Shown here one piece after another: positions 1-9,211 of a stretch of DNA of 64,000 nt; the first letter of the stretch is position 1, and the number at the start of each line of letters is the position of its first letter. Source of the DNA: a candidate division WOR-3 bacterium (lineage in GTDB: Bacteria > Hydrothermota > Tepidihabitantia > Tepidihabitantales > DTDR01); assembly GCA_025060715.1 (NCBI GenBank), contig JANXBG010000003.1, forward strand, positions 412 through 64,411, written 5' to 3'. The notes below the pieces were generated by a model. The model was given only the letters and a program-made list of their open reading frames with translations, made no database searches and was not told where the DNA came from. The translations under genes were made by a program, and so were the position numbers.

Positions 1-112
1 CTCACAAAAATTTTCTAAACTTTCTTTCTTTAATATACATATATTTCTCTTGATATATTTCTTCTCCTATTATTGCTATGTTTTTTAGAATTCTTTTAAT
101 TCTCTCTTCCAT
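1..112 (-). CDS. hypothetical protein, first 37 codons only (runs off the left edge)
   Basis: The ATG at 112 (minus) opens the frame MEERIKRILKNIAIIGEEIYQEKYMYIKERKFRKFCE, which stays open to position 1. It lies 5 nt downstream of the MazG-like stop on the same strand. No motif recognised. Confidence 0.25.
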
Positions 113-117
113 CTTTA

Positions 118-417
118 TCAGCTTATTCTTTTCTTCTCTTTACACTGGCAAGGAATTTTTTTACATTTGGAACAGCCTTTTTTATATTTCTCTATTGCCT
201 TTTCCATATCAATTCCGTATAAACTTGCCAAAGTGACAAGCCAGGCAAAAACATCAGCAAACTCCTCTTCCCTATCCTTCTTATCGCCCCTTTTTAATGC
301 CCTTGCTAATTCGCCAATCTCTTCACAAAACCAAAGAAAAGTCCTCTCTTTTCCCCTTCTCTTATCTTTTTTATAATATATCTTCTCAATCAATTTTTGA
401 AACTCCCTTATCTCCAT
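118..417 (-). CDS. small MazG-like nucleotide pyrophosphohydrolase
   Basis: 99 aa. It has the EExGE-type motif (FCEEIGELARAL) and a second acidic helix (EEEFADVFAWLVTLA), as in all-alpha NTP pyrophosphatases. The tail is Cys-rich (CSKCKKIPCQC). Confidence 0.6.
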   Translation of the reverse strand: MEIREFQKLIEKIYYKKDKRRGKERTFLWFCEEIGELARALKRGDKKDREEEFADVFAWLVTLASLYGIDMEKAIEKYKKGCSKCKKIPCQCKEKKRIS

Positions 418-419
418 AA

Positions 420-3400
420 TTAAAACCTAAATAATACCCAAATATTTATATCAATTGTCTGCATTTTATCTTGTTTTAGAAGATTTCTTGAATTGGAATA
501 AGAAGCATTTAAACCAACTTGAGTATAAGTAGAAAGTTGATAAGAGAAAGAAAGAGAAAGATTATAATTATTGCTGCGGGAAAGAAAGGTTTTTTGTAAT
601 TCTCTTATGTAATAACTTTCATTTAAATTATAACTAAAATTACCATTAAAATTAATATCTTGAGTCAATTTTATCTTTTTTAATAAAGGAAGTTTTATCC
701 CCTCTTTTAAAGAGAAAGTATATCCATAAGAAAGCGAAAAACTTTTATTCTCATTATAATTTGAAAGATTACTTAAAGCATTGTAACTATGACCCTTCTT
801 GTAATTAATGGTTATTGAGGCATTCATTCGGTTTTTAAAGTTAAGTTGCCAACCAATTAAAGGAAAGAAATCGTAACTAATCTCTTCATTCCTTTCTCCC
901 CAAATAAAACTACCATCAGGTGCCAAACGGGAAGAAAGGGTTTTTCTTTTTTCAAATTTGGTATTTATCTGGGAAGAGGAAATTAATTTTGGTAATAACT
1001 TCTCCACATTACTAACAGCAATATCTAAAGAAGGAAATTTTATCTCCCTGCTTCCTTGTCTTGAAGAAAGACCATAAAAACTTTTCTCCCAATCCTTCCC
1101 ATAACTCCATCTTATTGAAACACTTGACAATCTAAAAGAACTAGAAAGTTCTAAGGAATACTCTCTATCTTTTGCCCTTTGCGAAGAATCGTAGGGCAAC
1201 TTTTCGGAAAGGCCGAATTGATATAAAAGACCTGGACGAAAATCAATTTTGGGATATTCTGTCCCTCTTGAAAAATTATAATCAAAGTTAATTACATCAA
1301 AATAATCACTAAGCTTTTCTAATTTTAATCTATCAAAAATTTCGGGCAAATCCAAATCGGTAGCAAAACTAAAAGAAAAATCATTAGTAATCCTTCGTTT
1401 GTCAGTATAAGTATCGCCTCGGATTTTCTCTCTTCCTTCATCATAACTACCATCAATAGAAAAATTGGGCTCTAAAATTTCAAAGAGAGAAAAATTATAA
1501 GAAATTCCAACATCCCTGTTAAATCCCTCATCTACTCCCAAAAAGGTTTTCTTTTCTTTTAGTCCAGTTTTAAAAACACCAAGTCGATTGAAATAATTGC
1601 CGCAAGAATATTCAATATTTAAATCCGAAATTGGTGAATAGGCAAAAGAGTAAGAAAAGCCAGCGTTCTTTGTTATTACTCTTGGTTGGATAGTAAAAGT
1701 GTCTTTTTCTTTTGCCCGATTTCTTCTCTTACTCTCATTATCACTTAAAGAAAGAGAAAGGGAAATATTATTGGGAAAGAGCTTAACCTTCTCGTCCTTT
1801 ATTTTTATTCCTAACTCGGGTGAAATATTATAAGAGAAATTTTGAGAAAGGGTGGTAGAAGTATCAATAGAGAGTGGTTGATTACTAAAACCAAATCTTT
1901 TAGAAAAGGAATAAGAGAAGGCATCAATGCTATATTTTAACAAAGGATTTTGTGAGGTTTTACTTCTCCTTAAAGAGAAGTTATAACTTTCGCTACCACT
2001 TTTTCCCTCAAAGATTTTGTCTTTCAAAACTAAATCAGGAATACTCGGTGAATAATAGGGTTTAGAAAGGGAAAGGGTTTTATTATAATTTATTGGTAAA
2101 GAAAAACCTAAAAGAGAAAGATAGGGAATCTTTGATAAATCAAAGGAAGAATTTAAAAAGTAGTTTAAGTTATCATTAGTTGCCGGAGTTGGTGTTTGGG
2201 TAAGTCGGGAAAAGAAAGGATTTTGCTTTTCAATATTAAAACTGGTATTAAAACCTAAATTTGGAATATTGAAATTGGTATTAATACCATAAATAAGACC
2301 ACTTTTATTTTTTGGTCTATTTGCCCTTAAATCATTAAACCACACATTGTAAGAAATTTTTGAAGGTAAAACATTACAGACTCCTAAGGCATAATATCTA
2401 ACATTATTTAAAGAAGGTTCTCCCTTAATTCTTGCTCCTTCAAAATATTTACCAATTTTTATTAAAGGTAAAGAATCTAAGAAGATTTGGATTTCATACC
2501 AATTTTCACCATAAGGGACCTTTCTTATTTTATAAAAACCTTCTCTCTCTTCTAAGGGCAATAAAAAAGCATAAAAATTACTACTATCAAGCCCGATTCT
2601 AAAATAGAGCATTATTGCCCTTTCTTCAATATTTTTTGGTTTATGAAAATAAAAACTAATCTGGGAATATTTTCTTAAATCTTGACCTACACTTAAAAAC
2701 ATCTCAGTAATACAAGTATCATAAGGAGAAAAAGAATCAATCTCTAAACAGAGGCTTGCTTCATTATAAATCCCTCTCAAATCCTTTTTCACTTTAAAAG
2801 GTGAGGTATATTCAGGAGCATTTTTATTAGATACTGAATATATTCTCGCCTTGCTTATTAAAGTATCTATTTCCCTTGATAGAAATCTTGGTTTTTTCCA
2901 GCGAATGCCACTAAATTTTATTGAATAAATCCGCATTTTAAAAGAATTGGAAAAATTATGGAAATATATTGCCAATTTTCTTATATCATTAAGATTAGGT
3001 CTACCAATCACTGTATCAAAAGCCCTTAAAGGAATTACTAATACTTTCCAATTATTGTAAAGCTCCTTAATATTTTTACTATTTTTTAAAGAAATTGTAT
3101 AAGAGTAATAATGGTTATTTCCCCTTGGGTCAAAACCTTGTAAATCAATATCTTCACTATTTAATAACCGATTTTTCTCTGTTCCCATTGGATTAAAATT
3201 TTCATCATAATCATCATTTTTGTCATCCTCTAAAATATTTAAGGAATCAAAACCCTCAACACCATCAAGACCAACATCTTCATCAATTTCCAATTCATTA
3301 TTACCATTCTTATCTTCGCTATCAAAGATATTATTATAGCCTACTATTCTCCCATCTTTTGTTCTTCTAGGCACATCCTCTTCTAAATAAGAAGCCAAAC

Positions 3401-5741
3401 TAAAAGAGATATCACCGTCATAGTCACCACTATCGATCCGAAATATCATCTCCAAATTTTCATAATTTTCCAATTGAAAACTACTTCCCCGAATAAGTGC
3501 CTGACAGAGTCCAAACCAAGAGTTGTTATTTAAATTATTATCAACTTCAATTATGAGATAATTGTCCTTTTCTCTTCCCTCTTCACCGATCTGGGGGCCA
3601 AAAACTGAATCCCTTCTTATATAATTTATTTCTTTTGGATTTCTTATTTTGGGGAAAATTTTAATGAAATTGTTAGTATCCCCAAAATAAGGACAAGGAG
3701 CAAAAAAGAAATAAGAGCCTTTAACTTCTAAATTATGCTCTAAACTTGTCTCTTCAAAATTGTCAATATAAGCATTATTAAGAGTATTGCTATTTTCAAA
3801 AGAACTTGCCAGCTCACCACCAATTTGAATTTTAAGAAAATCAAAATCTTTTAAATAAGAGAGATTAAAGGAAAAAATCCCTTTGTTAAAAGGCTCTTCA
3901 CCGATCTCAGGCTTATCCGTGTAAGTACCTTCACTTCTTACAAGGAAAGAGGAGCCTAAGGTAAGGTTTTCAAAAAGTTTAGTCTCCGCCCGAAAACCAC
4001 CAAAGGTCTTTGCCGAAATCGCAAAAAGAGGTAATTGTTCAAAGGTTACCTTAATTTCAGCATCCGGTGGCAATCTTAAGAAGGTTATCTTTCCTTGTTT
4101 ATAATCAATATTATAATCAACCCCTTTCTCAGCAAGAATACCATTAATATAAACCTTTTCACTATTCTCAATAATGTCTGTTGTTCCTAAGGAAAATTCT
4201 TGAATGCTACTTGCATATTCTATTACTATAAGATATTTGCCACCTTCTCCATAAGAAAGGGGTTCTTTAAAATAGATAACCGAATCCTTTACGGAAAGTT
4301 TTTCACTATTAAAAGGATAGAGATAAGGAAAGACAATTATCCCATAACCACTTTGGAAATAAGGAAAATTTATTTCACCATTATTATCTGGGTCTAAACC
4401 CAAAATTTTTAAAAAAGTTTCACCTTTATAATCGCCCTCGGTTTCATATTCAGTAAAATAACTTCCCGAGACTCTAAAAATCTTAGCCATTTTTATCCTT
4501 ATATTTTTTTCTCCTAAATAATAAATATTTCTCAAATTATATTTAAAAGTTGGTGAATTACTATCAAATCTTCTTTTTTTAATAAGTTTTAATAAAAGTA
4601 AAGAATCTTGATATCTTTTGCCACCAACCGTATCACCTTCAAAGGTTGTATAAAAACAAGCAAGATTACCACCTTCCACAGGTATATTAAGCTCAATAAC
4701 AGGAATTTCTCCATAAGGCAGAATTGTTAAAGTTCTTAAATAAAAATCTTTGTTGATCTCCAAACGGATAAAACCGGCTTTTATTCTTTCATCACTATTT
4801 ACGGGTTGAGAATCGGGAAAATCGGGATAGATGGTTGCTAAACATCTTATTGCATTTGTCTGAATATCATTGTAAGGGTTACCATCATCATAAAAAAGCT
4901 GAAAATTGTTTATTTTTAATAAAATATGAGGATTAGTATCTAAAATAAAGAATCTATATTTGGCATATTCATAATCATAAAAGGTATCAACCTTTACGCT
5001 TGCCTTTCCTTTAAATTCGGCTTCTCTTTTTTCTGATTGCTCCCGAGAAGCAACTGCATAAAAATTAATTGGTCCGAAAGCACCTTCACTTCTTAAACCA
5101 AATAAACCTTTATGTGAAGGAATATCTCCCGTATATCTTGTAGAAGGAAAACCAAAACTGATATCACCACCTTCCAACTTTCTAATAATCTCATCTTCGG
5201 TTCCCGAATAACTAACACTAATCTTATTTTTTGCCTCCATTCTTCTGGAATCGTGATCAATATTTATTTTTGTTTTCTCGCCAATCTCTCCAGTTACGGT
5301 TAATCGCAATTCTTGACTCATTTTCAATTCTGGCAATAATCTTCCCGAAGGAGCTCTTTGAAGCGGCGAAGAATAAACAGTCTGCCTTCCGCCAAAAGTT
5401 ATTCGGTCTTCACCCGAAATTTTTATTTTACTTTCACCAAAAAGAGGCAAAGAAGGAAGTTCAATCACTGGAATAAGCCCTGTCTGATAAGCTAAGGTTC
5501 TTTCTCTCTTTGCTTTTAATTCTTCATTAAGATTATATAAAAATTTCTCTTTAAAGCTTCTCTTAAGATAATCCTCAAAGGTCTCAACGGAAATAACCCC
5601 TAAAAATACTGAATCCCGCCATCTTTCAAGGTAAACTAAATTTTTCTTAAAATCAAACCTAACTTTTATGGTATCCTGAAAGGCAGACACCAAAGAAAAA
5701 GAAAGAAGGAGTGAAAAAATAATCAAACTACACCTTGACAT
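420..5741 (-). CDS. sprA: SprA/Sov-like T9SS outer-membrane translocon (giant beta-barrel protein)
   Basis: 1773 aa with an N-terminal signal peptide. The segment LEGGDISFGFPSTRYTGDIPSHKGLFGLRSEGAFGPINFYAVASREQSEK resembles the conserved SprA N-terminal block (LEAGNVS..LFG..FG....S.Q.S). The C-terminal half is long, Ser/Asn/Tyr-rich and has alternating beta-strand character, ending in aromatic F. Four T9SS-tail cargo genes lie in the same window. Confidence 0.6.
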   Translation of the reverse strand: MSRCSLIIFSLLLSFSLVSAFQDTIKVRFDFKKNLVYLERWRDSVFLGVISVETFEDYLKRSFKEKFLYNLNEELKAKRERTLAYQTGLIPVIELPSLPLFGESKIKISGEDRITFGGRQTVYSSPLQRAPSGRLLPELKMSQELRLTVTGEIGEKTKINIDHDSRRMEAKNKISVSYSGTEDEIIRKLEGGDISFGFPSTRYTGDIPSHKGLFGLRSEGAFGPINFYAVASREQSEKREAEFKGKASVKVDTFYDYEYAKYRFFILDTNPHILLKINNFQLFYDDGNPYNDIQTNAIRCLATIYPDFPDSQPVNSDERIKAGFIRLEINKDFYLRTLTILPYGEIPVIELNIPVEGGNLACFYTTFEGDTVGGKRYQDSLLLLKLIKKRRFDSNSPTFKYNLRNIYYLGEKNIRIKMAKIFRVSGSYFTEYETEGDYKGETFLKILGLDPDNNGEINFPYFQSGYGIIVFPYLYPFNSEKLSVKDSVIYFKEPLSYGEGGKYLIVIEYASSIQEFSLGTTDIIENSEKVYINGILAEKGVDYNIDYKQGKITFLRLPPDAEIKVTFEQLPLFAISAKTFGGFRAETKLFENLTLGSSFLVRSEGTYTDKPEIGEEPFNKGIFSFNLSYLKDFDFLKIQIGGELASSFENSNTLNNAYIDNFEETSLEHNLEVKGSYFFFAPCPYFGDTNNFIKIFPKIRNPKEINYIRRDSVFGPQIGEEGREKDNYLIIEVDNNLNNNSWFGLCQALIRGSSFQLENYENLEMIFRIDSGDYDGDISFSLASYLEEDVPRRTKDGRIVGYNNIFDSEDKNGNNELEIDEDVGLDGVEGFDSLNILEDDKNDDYDENFNPMGTEKNRLLNSEDIDLQGFDPRGNNHYYSYTISLKNSKNIKELYNNWKVLVIPLRAFDTVIGRPNLNDIRKLAIYFHNFSNSFKMRIYSIKFSGIRWKKPRFLSREIDTLISKARIYSVSNKNAPEYTSPFKVKKDLRGIYNEASLCLEIDSFSPYDTCITEMFLSVGQDLRKYSQISFYFHKPKNIEERAIMLYFRIGLDSSNFYAFLLPLEEREGFYKIRKVPYGENWYEIQIFLDSLPLIKIGKYFEGARIKGEPSLNNVRYYALGVCNVLPSKISYNVWFNDLRANRPKNKSGLIYGINTNFNIPNLGFNTSFNIEKQNPFFSRLTQTPTPATNDNLNYFLNSSFDLSKIPYLSLLGFSLPINYNKTLSLSKPYYSPSIPDLVLKDKIFEGKSGSESYNFSLRRSKTSQNPLLKYSIDAFSYSFSKRFGFSNQPLSIDTSTTLSQNFSYNISPELGIKIKDEKVKLFPNNISLSLSLSDNESKRRNRAKEKDTFTIQPRVITKNAGFSYSFAYSPISDLNIEYSCGNYFNRLGVFKTGLKEKKTFLGVDEGFNRDVGISYNFSLFEILEPNFSIDGSYDEGREKIRGDTYTDKRRITNDFSFSFATDLDLPEIFDRLKLEKLSDYFDVINFDYNFSRGTEYPKIDFRPGLLYQFGLSEKLPYDSSQRAKDREYSLELSSSFRLSSVSIRWSYGKDWEKSFYGLSSRQGSREIKFPSLDIAVSNVEKLLPKLISSSQINTKFEKRKTLSSRLAPDGSFIWGERNEEISYDFFPLIGWQLNFKNRMNASITINYKKGHSYNALSNLSNYNENKSFSLSYGYTFSLKEGIKLPLLKKIKLTQDINFNGNFSYNLNESYYIRELQKTFLSRSNNYNLSLSFSYQLSTYTQVGLNASYSNSRNLLKQDKMQTIDINIWVLFRF

Positions 5742-7554
5742 TTGCTTTTTTGTTAATCATTGTTAATATTATTTCTAACAAACTTTCACTATCCAATCTC
5801 TCGCTTTTAAAAATCTCCTCCCTTTTTCCGCATGAAAGGAATTTACTTTCAAATCCAAAGTTAATTATATTTCTATTAGGAAACTGACTTTTCAGATATT
5901 CACCAAAACCGCCCTCTTTAAAATTATCCTCAATAGTAAAGATTGGTAGATCCTCTTTAAATAAATCTTGATAAAAAGAGATTGGTAAAGGTTTTATCAC
6001 TTTTCCGTCAACCAGGGTGAAAGATATACCCTTTTCTTTAAGTTTTTTATTTAAAAGTATTGCAATTTTCGTCCCGCTTCCCAGACCAATAAGAATGCCG
6101 TCTTTTCCTTCGCTTAATATCTCTGGCTCAATTTTTCCTTTCTCTTCTTTAAATTCTCCTTGTTCTTTAGGATAGCGAATAAAAACTGGTGAATTTTTTT
6201 CTAAGGCAAAATAGATCATCTCTTTTAAATCTTCTAAAAAATAGGGGGCAAAAAAGGTGATATTGGGTAAAAACCTTAAATAACTGATATCATATACTCC
6301 TTGATGGGTCTCGCCATCTTCCGGTACACAACCAGCTCGGTCAATTAAAAATAATATCGGTAGATTATGTAAAAGGCAGGAATTTATTAATTGGTCATAA
6401 GCTCTTAAAAGAAAAGTTGAATAGATACAGATAATTGGTTTTAAATTTCTTAATGCCAAACCACAAGCAAAATCTACCGTATGTTGCTCACATATTCCAC
6501 AATCAAAAAATCTTTCTTTAAATCTTTCAGAAAGCTCTTTTAAACCACTTCCCAATCTCATTCCTGGAGTGATTACTACCACATCTTTTCTTTTTTCCAA
6601 TATTTCACAAAGAACTTTACCAACATATTCATTATAAAAAATGCCTTCTTTATTTTTACTTTCTTTACCACTTATTCCGTGGTAATATTCTGGATCCTCT
6701 TCGGCTTTCTTATAACCTTTTCCTTTTTTGGTTAATATATGGACCAAAATGGGTCCTTTTAAAGCTTTTACCTTTTCAAAAATCTTTATCAAATCTTTCA
6801 AAGAATGGCCGTCAATTGGTCCAAAATAACGGAAACCAATCTCTTCAAAAAAAGTGGTAGGTAAAAATATCCTTTTTAAACTTTTTTCTAATCTTTTTAA
6901 ATACTCTTCACTCTCTATCCTCAATTTTTCTGGTAGGAAATTTAAGAAAGCCTTTAATTCCTGTTTTAAACTTAAATATCTTTTATCAGTAATAATTTTA
7001 TTTAAGTATTTACTAAAAGCCCCTTGGGTTTTGCTTATTGACATTTCGTTATCATTAAGGATAACAATTAAGTCGCTTTGTAAAAAGCCACAATGGTTTA
7101 ATCCCTCAAAAGCTACCCCACTTTGAATTGAACCGTCTCCAATCACAACGATAACCTTCTCGTCGGGTTTTTTAAAAAGAGAAAGTCCAAGCGCTACTGA
7201 GATAGCGTCACCGGAATGGCCTGAACAAAAAATATCGTAGATACTTTCATTTCTTTTAGGGAAACCAGCTATTCCTCCCTTTTTTCTTAAATTTCTAAAT
7301 TCCCTTGCCCTTCCAGTTAAGATTTTATGGGTATAACATTGGTGACCAACATCAAAAAGAATTTTATCTTTATCCAAGTCAAAAACATAATGTAAGGCAA
7401 TGGTTAATTCAACAACCCCCAAATTGGATGATAAATGGCCACCATTCTCACAGACAACCTCAATAATGTATTCCCTAATCCTCCTTGCCAACTCTTCTAA
7501 TTCTTTTAAGGAAAGTTTTTTAAGTTCTCTATGATCAATCTTTGTTAAATCCAT
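5728..7554 (-). CDS. dxs: 1-deoxy-D-xylulose-5-phosphate synthase
   Basis: 608 aa. Motifs seen: GGHLSSNLGVVELTIALHYVFD, DVGHQCYTHKILTGR, a GDG TPP-binding motif (IGDGSIQSGVAFEGLNH) and a transketolase-like C-terminal half. Confidence 0.95.
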   Translation of the reverse strand: MDLTKIDHRELKKLSLKELEELARRIREYIIEVVCENGGHLSSNLGVVELTIALHYVFDLDKDKILFDVGHQCYTHKILTGRAREFRNLRKKGGIAGFPKRNESIYDIFCSGHSGDAISVALGLSLFKKPDEKVIVVIGDGSIQSGVAFEGLNHCGFLQSDLIVILNDNEMSISKTQGAFSKYLNKIITDKRYLSLKQELKAFLNFLPEKLRIESEEYLKRLEKSLKRIFLPTTFFEEIGFRYFGPIDGHSLKDLIKIFEKVKALKGPILVHILTKKGKGYKKAEEDPEYYHGISGKESKNKEGIFYNEYVGKVLCEILEKRKDVVVITPGMRLGSGLKELSERFKERFFDCGICEQHTVDFACGLALRNLKPIICIYSTFLLRAYDQLINSCLLHNLPILFLIDRAGCVPEDGETHQGVYDISYLRFLPNITFFAPYFLEDLKEMIYFALEKNSPVFIRYPKEQGEFKEEKGKIEPEILSEGKDGILIGLGSGTKIAILLNKKLKEKGISFTLVDGKVIKPLPISFYQDLFKEDLPIFTIEDNFKEGGFGEYLKSQFPNRNIINFGFESKFLSCGKREEIFKSERLDSESLLEIILTMINKKANVKV

Positions 7555-8245
7555 TTTTCAACCTTTTCTCATATTTTCTTTTTAACTCTAAAAGAAAAGG
7601 ATAATTTTCTTTATCTTTAATATCATCTTCAATCTGAAAAAGACTGCCATAATTTTCTCCCAAAAGGGCGTATCTTTTTTTATCTTTCATATTTAATAAT
7701 AAAGCTGCTATTTGAAAAATCGCTCTAAAAAGAGCAGCAGTTTTTTTCTTTATCACCTTTTCATATTCTTTTTTGGTAAAGTTTTTTTTCTTAATATCCA
7801 TAAATTCACCACAAACTAAATCAGTTGTTGCCTTTGTTAAAATTTTTAGAATTTCTATTTTTAAGGAACTTTCTATTTTCGCATCCCCTAAAATTTGAAA
7901 GGCTAAAGAAAATAAAGCATCACCAATTAAAAGGGCCTCTCCTTCACCAAAAACCTTATGAGTTGTTAATCTTCCTCGCCGATAATCATCATTATCAATT
8001 GCTGGTAGATCATCATGAACCAAAGAAAAGTTATGGATTAATTCAATTGCCAAAGCAATTTTCATTATATTCGCTTTTTTAATTTTTGTTTTTTTATCTA
8101 AAAGAGAAAGAAGAAGTAATGGTCTTATCCTTTTGCCACCACTCAGCGCATAAAAAATTCCTTTCTTTAATTCCAAAGGGTAATTTTTAGTATATTTTTT
8201 TAACTCTTTTTTTAAAAACCTTTCAAACGCCTTTCTTTCTTTCAT
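7535..8245 (-). CDS. ispA: short-chain polyprenyl (geranyl/farnesyl) diphosphate synthase, compact form
   Basis: It has GGKRIRPLLLL, a first Asp-rich motif (LVHDDLPAIDNDDYRRGRLTTH) and a second (FQIEDDIKD). At 236 aa it is shorter than typical IspA after the second motif. It overlaps dxs by 20 nt and folD by 23 nt. Confidence 0.8.
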   Translation of the reverse strand: MKERKAFERFLKKELKKYTKNYPLELKKGIFYALSGGKRIRPLLLLSLLDKKTKIKKANIMKIALAIELIHNFSLVHDDLPAIDNDDYRRGRLTTHKVFGEGEALLIGDALFSLAFQILGDAKIESSLKIEILKILTKATTDLVCGEFMDIKKKNFTKKEYEKVIKKKTAALFRAIFQIAALLLNMKDKKRYALLGENYGSLFQIEDDIKDKENYPFLLELKRKYEKRLKNGFNKD

Positions 8246-9086
8246 AACTTAAAAAAAGATTTTCTAACAGATTGATAGTTGTTAAAACCCCTACACCCCC
8301 CGGTACAGGTGTGATTGCTTTTACTTTATTTAAAAGCTCCTCATAACAGGCATCACCAACTATTAAACTTTTCCCTTCTTTTTCAATAACATTAATTCCA
8401 CAATCAATTATTACACTCTCCTCTTTTACCATATCGGCTTTCAAAAAATTTGGCTTACCTACCGCAGTAACAATAATATCAGCAATTTTTGTTAATTCCT
8501 TTAATTCTTTGGTCTTAGAATGAGCAACAATAACTGTGGCATCACCTATTTTATTTTTTCTTAAAAGGATTAAAAGTAAAGGTTTACCAATAATTATAGA
8601 ACGAGAAATTATTAATACCCTTTTCCCTTCTGTTGAAATTTCATAATTTTCTAAAAGGTCAACCACTGCCTTCGGTGTTGCTGGATAGAAAATTGGATTA
8701 TCCCAAACTAATCTTCCTAAATTATAAGGTGTTAAACAGTCAATATCTTTCTCTTTATCAATACTTTCAATAATTTTTAAAGAATTATATTTTTTAGGAA
8801 TGGGTTGTTCACAAATTACACCATAAATATCAGATTTTTTTTGCTCTTCTTTAATAAAATTTATTATCTCCTCCTCTTTACTATTCTCATCAAAATTTTT
8901 ATAAATTGGGGAAAAGCCTAATTTCTCACTTTTCTTTATCTTTTGTCGTACATAAACCTCTGTACTTTCATCTTTACCAATCTGAATTATCAAAAAAGAA
9001 ATCTTTTCTTTAATATTCTCTAATTTTTTCTTTAAACTCTCTTCTTTTTTTAATGCTAAACTTTTTCCTTCTAATATCAACGCCAT
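8223..9086 (-). CDS. folD: bifunctional methylenetetrahydrofolate dehydrogenase/cyclohydrolase
   Basis: The N-terminus ALILEGKSLA is FolD-like. It also has PATPKAVVDLLE and a Rossmann segment (GKRVLIISRSIIIGKPL...VAHSKT...VTAVGKPNF). Confidence 0.9.
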   Translation of the reverse strand: MALILEGKSLALKKEESLKKKLENIKEKISFLIIQIGKDESTEVYVRQKIKKSEKLGFSPIYKNFDENSKEEEIINFIKEEQKKSDIYGVICEQPIPKKYNSLKIIESIDKEKDIDCLTPYNLGRLVWDNPIFYPATPKAVVDLLENYEISTEGKRVLIISRSIIIGKPLLLILLRKNKIGDATVIVAHSKTKELKELTKIADIIVTAVGKPNFLKADMVKEESVIIDCGINVIEKEGKSLIVGDACYEELLNKVKAITPVPGGVGVLTTINLLENLFLSYERKKGV

Positions 9087-9179
9087 TTTTATTTAAAATA
9101 AAAAATTTTATTTAATCTTTCTGAAATTTCAATTCCAACTAAACATCTCTATTTTCCTTTTCACCTCCTTACTATTTCA

Positions 9180-9208
9180 ATTTTAAAGAAATCTTTTTAA
9201 AAAGTCAA
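9180..9208 (-). promoter_or_regulatory. sigma70-type promoter for the folD-ispA-dxs-sprA operon
   Basis: On the minus strand: TTGACT (9208-9203), a 17-nt spacer, then TAAAAT (9185-9180). This gives a ~87-nt leader to the folD ATG. Confidence 0.4.
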
Positions 9209-9211
9209 TCT

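Noticed and set aside
167-376. Short antisense or out-of-frame ORFs nested in clear genes. Examples: 167-376, 4200-4397, 5231-5476, 6854-7126, 7825-8082, 9534-9734, 12923-13389, 14859-15047, 18295-18932, 19745-19963, 21289-21793, 23227-23454, 26943-27182, 34037-34273, 35024-35257, 35661-35936, 36218-36622, 38031-38216, 38611-38799, 41228-41413, 42022-42428, 43439-43648, 45751-45942, 48045-48251, 51517-51943, 55175-55360 and 61937-62140.
   Set aside because: Each lies wholly inside a longer ORF with recognisable conserved motifs, on the other strand or frame. Their sequences are low-complexity, and no independent start signals were seen.
9130-9173. Orphan AAGGAGG and a 5-codon uORF (MFSWN) in the folD leader
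   Set aside because: The SD-to-ATG spacing is ~17 nt, too long for efficient initiation. There is no supporting conservation information, so it is probably fortuitous.
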